DNA from: an uncultured archaeon
GTDB lineage: Archaea; Iainarchaeota; Iainarchaeia; Iainarchaeales; CAZILS01
Direction: 5' to 3'
DNA: 64,000 bases
Assembly (NCBI GenBank): GCA_964540145.1
Contig: CAZILS010000001.1
Location: 208,724 to 272,723, forward strand
The position numbers and the translations under genes were made by a program. This document shows positions 28,014 through 36,185 of the stretch, in pieces. Numbering within the stretch: the stretch's first letter is position 1; every line of letters begins with the position of its first letter. The notes beneath the pieces are model-generated. The model made no database searches. It was not told where the DNA came from and saw only the letters and a program-made list of their open reading frames with translations.

Positions 28014-28735
28014 TATTTCACCTTTTCAAAAATCTCCATTTTGGGGTCGACAACCATGATATTCTTCGAAGGCGTAAGGAAAGATTCCTTGCCCTTCTCA
28101 AGCTTTACCAGAGTGTCCCTCTTTTGGTCTCCCTGGACGATTTCCCCGATAATCGCAAGAACACCAATATGTGTTCCCCCGATAACGAATGCCGCGCTTC
28201 CTTTCTTCATGGCGAACTCCCCCGCTACTTTGTTCTCAGGGAACTCAAGCTTCACGCTGTCCCCCTTTTTCAGGCCGGTCTTCTTCACAACGACGTTAAT
28301 CCCGTCGTCGGTTGTAAGCTGCACTTCGCCCTTCTTCTTTATGGCTTTCCTTTCAATCTTGGAAATCCTGAATGCCTTTCCCTCGGCCTTTATTTCCCTG
28401 GCGGTAAGCCTGCCCTTTTCGTCAAACACAAGCCTAAACCTCTGCCCGGTTTTCTCAACATCTATAACATCAAACACCCCGACCGGAAAATTGGGCGAGG
28501 TTCTTGCCCGCCCATTAACCTTAACATCCCTGTTGTAAAGAACAGCCTTTACCTCTTTCAGGTTTGTGGCAAGGCCGAGCATATTCCTGGCAACAAATAC
28601 AAGCGGCACTGATTTATCTCCGTTGTGGGGCCCGGACCTCGACTTGGTTGTCCATACCTGCTCTTTCCTGTTGAATGACCTGGCCTTACTGGCCGACAAA
28701 CTTTTCTGGTTCTTCCTTTCTCCCTTCGTTGCCAT
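28013..28735 (-). CDS. rps4e: ribosomal protein eS4
   Basis: GPH.....VPL....R..L.LA....E.K.....R.V.VNG; KOW segment. Confidence 0.9.
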   Translation of the reverse strand: MATKGERKNQKSLSASKARSFNRKEQVWTTKSRSGPHNGDKSVPLVFVARNMLGLATNLKEVKAVLYNRDVKVNGRARTSPNFPVGVFDVIDVEKTGQRFRLVFDEKGRLTAREIKAEGKAFRISKIERKAIKKKGEVQLTTDDGINVVVKKTGLKKGDSVKLEFPENKVAGEFAMKKGSAAFVIGGTHIGVLAIIGEIVQGDQKRDTLVKLEKGKESFLTPSKNIMVVDPKMEIFEKVK

Positions 28736-28743
28736 AAAACCAC

Positions 28744-29244
28744 CTATTTCTTCTTAGTCTCCTGCTTTTCGCCTTTCGAGGATGCTTCGGCACCGGATTT
28801 TTTAGCCTCAGCGTCCTTTTTCTTTTCGCTTTTAGCACTTTCTTGAGCGCCTTTGGCACCCTCGCGAGCATCTTTGGAGGGGGCTGCTTTTTCCCCTTTT
28901 TTCCTCATTCTCCGTGAGTCGCCCTTGTCAAGGTCGACGATAGCGAGGTTCGAGGCCTTAAATGGAACCTGTATTTCGGTTCCATCCGCCTTCTTCCTTG
29001 TAATTCCCTCGATAAACACCTGCCTTTTGTACCTGTTGACTTTTGTAACCTTGGCGCTCTTTCCCTTGAAATTTCCCCTCATAACCTTGACTTTATCCCC
29101 CGCCCTTACAGGAACCGACCTTGTCCCTTCTTTCTCCCTCAGGACCTTTGAAAGCGCACAGGACATTCTGTCGCCTATCTCATGGAGTGCGGCGCTGTAA
29201 AACCTTTTCCTTTGCTTCGATGCTCTTTTTGTCTTATTTTCCAT
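28744..29244 (-). CDS. rpl24: ribosomal protein uL24 with Lys/Glu/Ala C-terminal extension
   Basis: KOW motif: VRAGDKVKVMRGNFKGKSAKVTKV. The track ORF start (29292) overlaps L14; ATG at 29244. Confidence 0.88.
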   Translation of the reverse strand: MENKTKRASKQRKRFYSAALHEIGDRMSCALSKVLREKEGTRSVPVRAGDKVKVMRGNFKGKSAKVTKVNRYKRQVFIEGITRKKADGTEIQVPFKASNLAIVDLDKGDSRRMRKKGEKAAPSKDAREGAKGAQESAKSEKKKDAEAKKSGAEASSKGEKQETKKK

Positions 29245-29252
29245 AATCCCAC

Positions 29253-29651
29253 CTATACAACTGCCGATGCCATCCCGGCAACCTTTGGCCACCTTTCCCC
29301 TGCTTCTTTCGCAACAACGCCCTTAATTTCCGAACCTTTTGGAATGCCCTTATCGTCGACCAAAACAACCGCGTTGTCCTCAAACTTAATCCGGATTCCG
29401 TCCGCCCTTTTGTACTCTTTCCGTGTCCTTACAATAACCGCCTTCTCAACCTTTTTCCTTATCTCGGGCTTTCCTTTCTTCACGACAACATTAACCATAT
29501 CCCCAATGCCCGCTTTAGGGGTTGCCCTTCTCTTCCCCTTGTAGCCGAAGACACTAATTATCTCTATCTCCTTTGCGCCTGAATTATCTGTACAGACACA
29601 CCTGCTCTTCTGCATGAGGCACTTTGTCGGGCTGGCACTTATTGCTTTCAT
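29253..29651 (-). CDS. rpl14: ribosomal protein uL14
   Basis: CTDNSGAKE.......G...R...A.IGD.V.V.VKKG. ATGA overlap with the S17 stop; the track ORF is extended upstream. Confidence 0.9.
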   Translation of the reverse strand: MKAISASPTKCLMQKSRCVCTDNSGAKEIEIISVFGYKGKRRATPKAGIGDMVNVVVKKGKPEIRKKVEKAVIVRTRKEYKRADGIRIKFEDNAVVLVDDKGIPKGSEIKGVVAKEAGERWPKVAGMASAVV

Positions 29652-29977
29652 TTTTTCTTTTCCCCTTTTTTCTCGGATTTTTGGCCTGTTGATTCGACTT
29701 TCTTCAGAACCGCAAAAGACTTGGTCTTGCTCAACTTCCTTGTCTCGCCTATCTGGACCACGTCCCCTTCCCGAAGGGCTATGCAATCGGGGCAGTATGC
29801 GGCTATCCTTGACCTTACTTTCCTGTATCTTTCGTACTTCGGGATGTATTTTATCAGTTCCCTTTCAACAAGAACTGTTTTAGGCGCCTTAGCCCTCACT
29901 ACCTTGCCCTCAATCAAATTCCCTCTCACGCTGAGGCTTCCGTGTACCGGGCACTTAGGGTCGTTACATGCGTCCAT
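29648..29977 (-). CDS. rps17: ribosomal protein uS17
   Basis: C.D.KCP.HG.L..RG....G.V.......T..VER. Confidence 0.9.
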   Translation of the reverse strand: MDACNDPKCPVHGSLSVRGNLIEGKVVRAKAPKTVLVERELIKYIPKYERYRKVRSRIAAYCPDCIALREGDVVQIGETRKLSKTKSFAVLKKVESTGQKSEKKGEKKK

Positions 29978-30272
29978 GGTGTTTCCTCCAGAAAAGTTTT
30001 ATCCTGTCCTCCGGCCTTGCAATAAGGTTGCTGCCATTAAGCAGTGCCTTTTCCTTCCCAAGCATAAATTCAAATTCCGCCTCTTTCTTAGGTATCCTCT
30101 TTATTCCCTGCCTTGTCTGAATGTCCAGAACATTCTTCGTCTCGTCAATTACGGTCCCTTTGATGCCTTTCCTGCCCTCATCTGTGCTTGCCGCTATTCT
30201 AACATCCAACCCTATAAGCTCATGCGCCGCCAGGGTTTCCGAGAGCAGGCAGTAATTTTTTCCTTTAAGCAT
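29964..30272 (-). CDS. rnp1: RNase P protein component 1 (Rpp29/Pop4)
   Basis: ELIGLDVRI..S......GIKGTV.DETKN.L.I pattern. Canonical slot between SUI1 and S17. Confidence 0.85.
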   Translation of the reverse strand: MLKGKNYCLLSETLAAHELIGLDVRIAASTDEGRKGIKGTVIDETKNVLDIQTRQGIKRIPKKEAEFEFMLGKEKALLNGSNLIARPEDRIKLFWRKHHGRM

Positions 30273-30564
30273 CGATCATATCCTCCTTGTATCCTTCCTT
30301 CATCAAAATTTCCTTTACTCTTCTTTTGTGGTCTCCCTGGAGCTCAATTTCGCTTTTCTTCACGGTTCCGCCGCAGGCGAGCTTCCTCTTCAGGAGCTTC
30401 CCGAGTTCCTTTGCCTGCTCCTCGTCCAGGCCTGTTACCAAAGTAACAAGCTTCCTGAACCTCCTGCTTAGCACAAGAATCCTGACCTTTCTTGCCTCCT
30501 TGGATATCTCCTGGCACACACAAAGGTCTTTTGGCAGTCCGCATTTTTCGCATATTGATTCCAT
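30265..30564 (-). CDS. sui1: translation initiation factor aIF1 (SUI1)
   Basis: C..CGLPK.LC.C..I......I......RF.K.VT...G......L...LK.K.ACGGT. Confidence 0.88.
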   Translation of the reverse strand: MESICEKCGLPKDLCVCQEISKEARKVRILVLSRRFRKLVTLVTGLDEEQAKELGKLLKRKLACGGTVKKSEIELQGDHKRRVKEILMKEGYKEDMIDA

Positions 30565-30574
30565 GCTCCGGCAT

Positions 30575-30784
30575 TCACCTCTTCTTATCCGCCTTGGTTT
30601 GGTTAATCACGGTAAGTATCCTTGCAATATCTCTTCTAAGGTTTCCTATTGTTGCGGGCTTCTCCGCCCTTGTCCCCGATGCGATGGCCGCCCTCTCCTT
30701 CGCAAGCTCGCCCCTTAGCCGGGCAAGCTTTTCATTCAACGAATCATTCCCCATCTCCTTCAATTGCTTTGCCTTAAGGGTCAT
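30575..30784 (-). CDS. rpl29: ribosomal protein uL29
   Basis: 69 aa helical protein (L.EKL..LR.EL...R) in the expected position. ATGA overlap with S3. Confidence 0.85.
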   Translation of the reverse strand: MTLKAKQLKEMGNDSLNEKLARLRGELAKERAAIASGTRAEKPATIGNLRRDIARILTVINQTKADKKR

Positions 30785-31710
30785 TTCTTCGCCTCCTTTG
30801 CAGGAGCCTCTTTAGCCTTAGGCCCGGCTTTCTTGGTTTCCTTTTTATCCGCTTTCTTCGCCTCAGCACCCTTCTCCGAAGGAGCAACTTCGACCTTAGG
30901 CTTTTTCTCCTCGGCCTTTTTAGTTTCCTTTTTCTCAGCTTTAGGTTTCGCCTCGGCTTTCTCGCCCTCTTTCTTAGCTTCGGCCTTAGGATTCTCTTCT
31001 TTCTTTTCCTCAGCATCCTTCTTAGGCTCGACAATCTCTGTTTTGCCCTCTGCTTTTTCTGCGGCTGCTTCTGCAGCGGCAACTGCCCCTTCCTCGGCAG
31101 CAGTCTTGCCTGCGCAGAATGCCTTAACGTCAATCTTGTCCGGGAACACGGTATTGGGTTTCACAATCCTTACCTTTATCCCGATTGCGCCGGCCTTTGG
31201 ATAGGCCGCCGCCTTCGCATAGTCAACCCAGCTTGCCTGTTCCCCAACCTTTTTCATGTAACCCTCAAGTATCCTTCTCTTCCGTTTCCTTCCGCCCTTA
31301 CCCGCAAGTTTTCCCGATGCGACAAGTTCACAGCCCTGCGCTCCCGCCGCCATAACATCCTTGATTGCCCTGTAGGTAACGCTCCTCCATGAGAAGCCCC
31401 TTTCTATAAGTGCCTTAACCCTGTCGGCCATTGCCTGCGCATCCAGTTCGGGAACCTCAATCTGCCTTATCTCAAGTTGGGGGTTCTCAATTTTGTAATC
31501 GGTCTCAATTGCCTCCGTAAGCTGCCTTATGTTCTGCCCTGCCTTGCCGATTGCCAGCCCGGGCCTTGTCACATTAACAACTATCCTTGTAACAAGCGGG
31601 GTCTTGAATATCTCAAGCTTTGTGAAACCCGCCTTAACCAGCTCATTTTTCAGGAACTGTTCAAGTTCCAGCTTCTTTATTCCCTGCTCGATGAATGTTC
31701 TCTCAATCAC
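30781..31710 (-). CDS. rps3: ribosomal protein uS3 with ~110-aa Lys/Glu/Ala C-terminal extension
   Basis: KH domain: F...GIKK.ELE.FL..EL..AG......I..TP....I.I...RPG..IG. GTG start. Confidence 0.9.
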   Translation of the reverse strand: MIERTFIEQGIKKLELEQFLKNELVKAGFTKLEIFKTPLVTRIVVNVTRPGLAIGKAGQNIRQLTEAIETDYKIENPQLEIRQIEVPELDAQAMADRVKALIERGFSWRSVTYRAIKDVMAAGAQGCELVASGKLAGKGGRKRKRRILEGYMKKVGEQASWVDYAKAAAYPKAGAIGIKVRIVKPNTVFPDKIDVKAFCAGKTAAEEGAVAAAEAAAEKAEGKTEIVEPKKDAEEKKEENPKAEAKKEGEKAEAKPKAEKKETKKAEEKKPKVEVAPSEKGAEAKKADKKETKKAGPKAKEAPAKEAKK

Positions 31711-32186
31711 TTTTTTCCCTCCACAACAACTATCTCCAAGTGAGTAGACTTGCTAAGCCTTCTCCTTCCCGAAATCTTTCCCTGGCTCTGGTGGGAAACC
31801 CTCCTGAAGCCAACAGATGCAAATACTTCTTTAATTATCAGGGCCTCGCTGTCCATTCCCTTGTAGTCCGCATTTGCCTTCACATCCGCAAGCAGCCCAA
31901 GGAAGACCTTTGCGGCCTTGACAGGATACCTTCCCGTCTTTGTGAAGCTCTTTGCATCCCCCTTCCGGTGCGGCACATTCTTTATGTACCTTCTCAAAGG
32001 CAGGTGCTCCTTCTTTTCGGTTATCCTCTGCAGGAACTTTTCCGCCTTCTCAAGAGGCTTGTCCTTGAGCTCCCTCGCAATCTCGGTTGCGTACTTCAAC
32101 GAGATGGGCTTGTTTTTTGCCATAGCCTTGGCTACCTTTTTCTTCGAAGCGAGTTCCGAGTGGTAGCTTTTCTTGACCATTGCCAT
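31707..32186 (-). CDS. rpl22: ribosomal protein uL22
   Basis: K..PISLKYATEIAREL.......A...L; GR.P.KAA. Confidence 0.9.
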   Translation of the reverse strand: MAMVKKSYHSELASKKKVAKAMAKNKPISLKYATEIARELKDKPLEKAEKFLQRITEKKEHLPLRRYIKNVPHRKGDAKSFTKTGRYPVKAAKVFLGLLADVKANADYKGMDSEALIIKEVFASVGFRRVSHQSQGKISGRRRLSKSTHLEIVVVEGKK

Positions 32187-32584
32187 TACCTTGCCGTTAT
32201 TGCGGTGCTTGACCTTGTCGCGCCTATTCCCGCCTTTCCATGCCTCAGCCTTTTCCTTGTGAGCACAAACTCCCCAAGCCTGTGGCCGAGCATTTCCTGC
32301 GCAATCTCAAACCTGATAAATTCCTTGCCATTGTATAACTCGAACGGCAATCCAACCATTGACGGCAGAACCAGCGTCTCCCTTTGGTGGGTTCTTATGG
32401 CTTTTGGGTACTTTCCTGCTGCGAGAACCTTCCTTGAAGCCTCAACCCTTTTCAGAATCTTCTTGTCAAGGCCCCTCTTCACAGTTCTCTTTATGCCGGA
32501 TGTTGAAAGCCCGGCAAACTCCTCAACACTCATTGCCTGGAGCTCTTCGATGGTTTTTCCCCGGTAAGTAAACACTTTTGCCAT
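32186..32584 (-). CDS. rps19: ribosomal protein uS19
   Basis: T.R.......MVG.....YNGK.F....I...M.GH.LGEF..TR. Confidence 0.9.
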   Translation of the reverse strand: MAKVFTYRGKTIEELQAMSVEEFAGLSTSGIKRTVKRGLDKKILKRVEASRKVLAAGKYPKAIRTHQRETLVLPSMVGLPFELYNGKEFIRFEIAQEMLGHRLGEFVLTRKRLRHGKAGIGATRSSTAITAR

Positions 32585-32592
32585 TATATCAC

Positions 32593-33318
32593 CTAGTTCT
32601 TCTTCCTCCTTCCTGTCCTCTTAGAGGCAATCGCCCCGACCTTTCTACCCGCGGGCGCCGACCTCTTCGTCGATTTACTTTTTCCCGGATGGTGCTGGCT
32701 TCCCCCAAACGGATGGTCAATAGGATTCATTGCAACACCTCTCAATCCCGGGTATCTCTTTTTCCTTGCCTTCATCCTGTGGAAGTTCGTTCCCGCCTTC
32801 ACAAGCGGCTTCTCTTTCCTTCCGCCCGCAGCGGCACAGCCAACGGTTGCCCTGCACTCCGGCCTTACCTTTACGGTCTTGCCGGAGGGCATTTTAAGAT
32901 AGACAAACTTCGCATCTTTCGTAACCACAAGCGCATAGCTCCCCGAAGTTCTTGCCAAACTTCCCCCGTCTCCCGCAACCTTCTCGATATTGAAAACAGG
33001 GCAGCCCTCAACAATATCTCCCAAAGGCTTTGCGTTCCCTATCGCAAGCTTTGCGTTCTTTCCGTACTCCAACGGCTGGCCAACGTAACTGCCTTCTGCG
33101 GCAATCACATATTCTGACAGGCCATTTTCAAATGTGGCTTCCATAAGTATCCCTGTCCTTGCGGAATCATTGATAAGCCCGGTAACCTCGCCCCTAACAA
33201 GGCTATCCTTCTGCGAACTGTCAAACGTAATGTACTCGCTAACCCCTGCCCCTTTCTTTGTGGCCCTGTATTTGGGTGTTCCCCTTCCCCTTCGCTGGTG
33301 CCTTAATCTGTTTCCCAT
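32593..33318 (-). CDS. rpl2: ribosomal protein uL2
   Basis: AMNP.DHPFGGS.HHPGKS..T.R.AP.GRKVG. Confidence 0.92.
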   Translation of the reverse strand: MGNRLRHQRRGRGTPKYRATKKGAGVSEYITFDSSQKDSLVRGEVTGLINDSARTGILMEATFENGLSEYVIAAEGSYVGQPLEYGKNAKLAIGNAKPLGDIVEGCPVFNIEKVAGDGGSLARTSGSYALVVTKDAKFVYLKMPSGKTVKVRPECRATVGCAAAGGRKEKPLVKAGTNFHRMKARKKRYPGLRGVAMNPIDHPFGGSQHHPGKSKSTKRSAPAGRKVGAIASKRTGRRKKN

Positions 33319-33789
33319 TTATAACACTCCCAGTTTAGTGGCTATTTCCTCGGCCTTGAATTCCTTATTGAGTTTGACAAAGGCCCTTTTTCTCGCCCTG
33401 GTGTCCTTCAATATGTTAACCTTGTCAACCTTAACCTTGTAAAGCTGCTCAACCGCTTTCTTTACCCCTTCCCGTGTCGTTCCTTTCGCAACAACAAACA
33501 CAAGCTTGTTCTCAGAATCTATCAAATTCACGGCCTTTTCGGTTATCAGCGGATAAAGCAAGGTTTCCCCCGCCTTAAGCAAATCAGCGGTAACCTTAAT
33601 TGTCCCGCCTTTCCTTTCCTCTTTTTTGGCCTCAACTTTCATCTCTTCTTTTGCCACGGCGGTTTCTTTCTTTGCCGCCTTTGCAACGCTCCCTGCTTCC
33701 TTCCCGGCGGCTTTCGCCATGCCCTTCCGGGCACCTTCGGCTTTCTTAGGGGCTGCTTTCTTCACTGCTGCTTTCTTTTTACCGGCCAT
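33319..33789 (-). CDS. rpl23: ribosomal protein uL23 with Lys/Ala N-terminal extension
   Basis: YPLITEKA.......NKLVF.V.....R..VK.AVE.LY.VKV..VN. ATG at 33789; the track ORF is extended into L4. Confidence 0.88.
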   Translation of the reverse strand: MAGKKKAAVKKAAPKKAEGARKGMAKAAGKEAGSVAKAAKKETAVAKEEMKVEAKKEERKGGTIKVTADLLKAGETLLYPLITEKAVNLIDSENKLVFVVAKGTTREGVKKAVEQLYKVKVDKVNILKDTRARKRAFVKLNKEFKAEEIATKLGVL

Positions 33790-33791
33790 AA

Positions 33792-34586
33792 TTACACCCC
33801 TTTCAAAGCTCCCTCGGTCCATACACAGAGCCTTCCCGGATGGCATCCCGGAGCGAGCAGCTCTGCATTGATATTCCTTGCCTCAATAATATCAACGCCC
33901 TCCAAATTCCTTGCCGCCTTGTAAATGTTCCCGGGGTTTTCCGCAACGATGAGCAGGCTTTTCGCCTTTTTGTAAGGCCTTCCCCTTCTCTTGCCTTTTC
34001 CCGCCCTGTTTTTCCTTTTTGCCCTTGCCCTTTCGACATCGGCCCAGAGCTTAATATTCTTCAACGCAGCCCTGACATCCTTTGTTTTCTCAAGCTGCTC
34101 AAACTTATCCTCAATAACAACCGGCAATGGCATCCCCTCTCCGAAGATATGGCCCCTTGCCCTGACTCTTAAAGGGTCGGTGCTTGCGGCAATCGCGCTC
34201 ATAATCGCCTTCCTTCTCTCCTTTTTGTTGATTTTCTCATCGAGCTTCTTCTCAACTTTCGGGGGGTGCGCCCTCGGGCCCCCGACAACCGCAGGAATGC
34301 TTGCAACCCTCCCGGAAATCAGGAACTTGTGTTCCTTTGTCCTTGGCTTCCTCGCCCTTCCGATATTAATTGTCCTGTAAACATGGGGCTTTCCCCTGTA
34401 ACCGATGTAAACCGCGGTTGTTCTCCTTCCCGCATACTTATCCGGGCTGCTCGGCTGGTATCTTGAACTTTGGGCGGAGAGCACAGCCCTCTTTATCAGC
34501 GCTTCGTTAACCTCTCCCTCAAACGCCTTTGGCAGCTCAACCTGCTTCAGCTTCTTTCCCTCCAACGAATAAACGTCGGCTTTCAT
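33792..34586 (-). CDS. rpl4: ribosomal protein uL4
   Basis: G...A...G.G.....R......G.....VVGG....P; conserved order. Confidence 0.9.
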   Translation of the reverse strand: MKADVYSLEGKKLKQVELPKAFEGEVNEALIKRAVLSAQSSRYQPSSPDKYAGRRTTAVYIGYRGKPHVYRTINIGRARKPRTKEHKFLISGRVASIPAVVGGPRAHPPKVEKKLDEKINKKERRKAIMSAIAASTDPLRVRARGHIFGEGMPLPVVIEDKFEQLEKTKDVRAALKNIKLWADVERARAKRKNRAGKGKRRGRPYKKAKSLLIVAENPGNIYKAARNLEGVDIIEARNINAELLAPGCHPGRLCVWTEGALKGV

Positions 34587-35881
34587 TTCTTCGCCTCCTT
34601 CTTAGGGGCATTTTTCTTCTCCGCACCCTTCTTCGAAGAGGCACCTTCGGCTTTCTTTGGCTTCCCCTCGTTCTCCCCTGATTTTGGCTTTTCTTCCTTT
34701 TTCTCTTTAGGGGCTCCCTTCTTCCCGGCGCCCTTTTGGGCACCCTCGGTTTTCTTAGGTTCCCCTTCCTTTTTCGGCTCCTCTTTCGCAGGGGCTTCCT
34801 TGGCTTTCCTGTTGTAGGGGTGCTTCCCTGAAGGGGCACCGCTTGAGATAAATGAAATCTCCGAAATCTTGTTCTGGTTCTCGTTATAGGGCCTTATCGC
34901 ACCCCTCACCGCAACGCACCTTTTTGCAGGGCCGGGAACAGAACCTGCAACAACAAGGTAATCGTTCTTAACAACACCGTAATTCTTGAAGCCCGCGGAA
35001 GGATTAATCTCGGCGGGATTATCCCCTGCAACCAAAACACGCTTGTTCAGCTCTGTCCTGTTTTGGTATCCGTGCTGCCCTGCCCTTGGCACGGTCCACA
35101 TAACTGTCGAGGGGGTCCACGGCCCCAGCGAACCCAAAATCCTTGGGTGCTTAGCCTTGTGCCTGTGGGTTTTTGTCCCGAACCTCTTCACAATGCCTGT
35201 TGTTCCCTTTCCCTTGTCGACTGCCTTAACATCGACAAAAGTATCCTTCGCAAACAAGTCGGCAGCCTTAATCTCGCCGCCCATAATCCCCTTTGCATAG
35301 GCGAGCTGCTCCTCCACGCTCCCTGAAAGCATAACCTCGGTAATTTCCGGCTTTTTCTTGCCAATCCCTGTCTTGCCGGGGCTTGTGTGTGCAAGCAGCC
35401 TAATTTCCTTAACCGAATCCTTAATCGCCTCAATCTCGGCTATATTTTTGTATGCCGGCCTGTCCTTCTTCTTTTTAGACAGGGGCTTCTTGAGGTTTTT
35501 CATTCTCCTATGGACGCTCTTATCCGGCTTCTCAACCAAAACATCCAGGGCAGCCTCAATTCCATAATTGGCTTTTTTATATGCCCTAACGCCAAAAACC
35601 TTCATAGGCGGGCATTCTAAAACAGTACAGGCGAGAGAAACAGGCCTGCCGAACTTAATTCCGCCTTCGTGGGCATCAGTCCCTATGATGTGAACCATGC
35701 CTGCCTTGTAGGCGAGGAAAGTCATTGCTTTTGCGCCTTCCCCTTCTTTTTTTCCGGGAGCGTTGGCCCTCACAATCCCCGGCACCGGCATTGCGGAGCG
35801 GAAGCTAGGCGTTTCGCTCTTTGCACGCTTCCTAGGATAGAAAGCCTTCGAGCCGGAATGCGGCTTATGTTTTTCTCCCAA
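34583..35881 (-). CDS. rpl3: ribosomal protein uL3 with Lys/Glu-rich C-terminal extension; probable TTG start
   Basis: TTG at 35881 gives MGEKHKPHSGSKAFYPRKRAKSE, matching the archaeal L3 N-terminus, with GAGGT 8 nt upstream. The track ORF extends to 36004 (ATG alternatives at 35980 and 36004). Confidence 0.85.
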   Translation of the reverse strand: MGEKHKPHSGSKAFYPRKRAKSETPSFRSAMPVPGIVRANAPGKKEGEGAKAMTFLAYKAGMVHIIGTDAHEGGIKFGRPVSLACTVLECPPMKVFGVRAYKKANYGIEAALDVLVEKPDKSVHRRMKNLKKPLSKKKKDRPAYKNIAEIEAIKDSVKEIRLLAHTSPGKTGIGKKKPEITEVMLSGSVEEQLAYAKGIMGGEIKAADLFAKDTFVDVKAVDKGKGTTGIVKRFGTKTHRHKAKHPRILGSLGPWTPSTVMWTVPRAGQHGYQNRTELNKRVLVAGDNPAEINPSAGFKNYGVVKNDYLVVAGSVPGPAKRCVAVRGAIRPYNENQNKISEISFISSGAPSGKHPYNRKAKEAPAKEEPKKEGEPKKTEGAQKGAGKKGAPKEKKEEKPKSGENEGKPKKAEGASSKKGAEKKNAPKKEAKK

Positions 35882-36157
35882 AACGATACCTCGTTTACCG
35901 GTTTCCCATACTTTGTATGGCAATTCCAAACCCCTGCGGGGATTTGGATAATATACTGCACCCTGTGGATACAGCCACATCGCGCCTGCACAGCAACCCT
36001 GCACAGTGAAGCCAAAAAGACTGAAAAATCAGCTTTCAGCATTTACATCCCCCGCGGTTCGCAAGAGATACAGTGTGCCAAAACTCATGCCGCTCCATAT
36101 GAAGCGGCATTTGTTTACAGCATTATATTACTGTATACTTATTCCTAGGGAGAAAGG

Positions 36158-36173
36158 TATATAAAGCTATTTT
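36158..36173 (-). promoter_or_regulatory. BRE/TATA promoter for the L3 (S10-like) r-protein operon
   Basis: Minus strand reads AAAATAGC-TTTATATA, a near-consensus archaeal BRE+TATA. It lies ~250-280 nt upstream of the L3 start and just downstream of the preceding gene's stop. Confidence 0.55.
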
Positions 36174-36185
36174 AGGGCTGTTCAA

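Noticed and set aside
30774-31133. Extremely Arg/Lys-rich 119-aa minus-strand ORF; a similar one lies at 34537-34839.
   Set aside because: These are alternative frames of the AAG/GAA-rich tails of uS3 and uL3, and the homology-supported frames explain the sequence.
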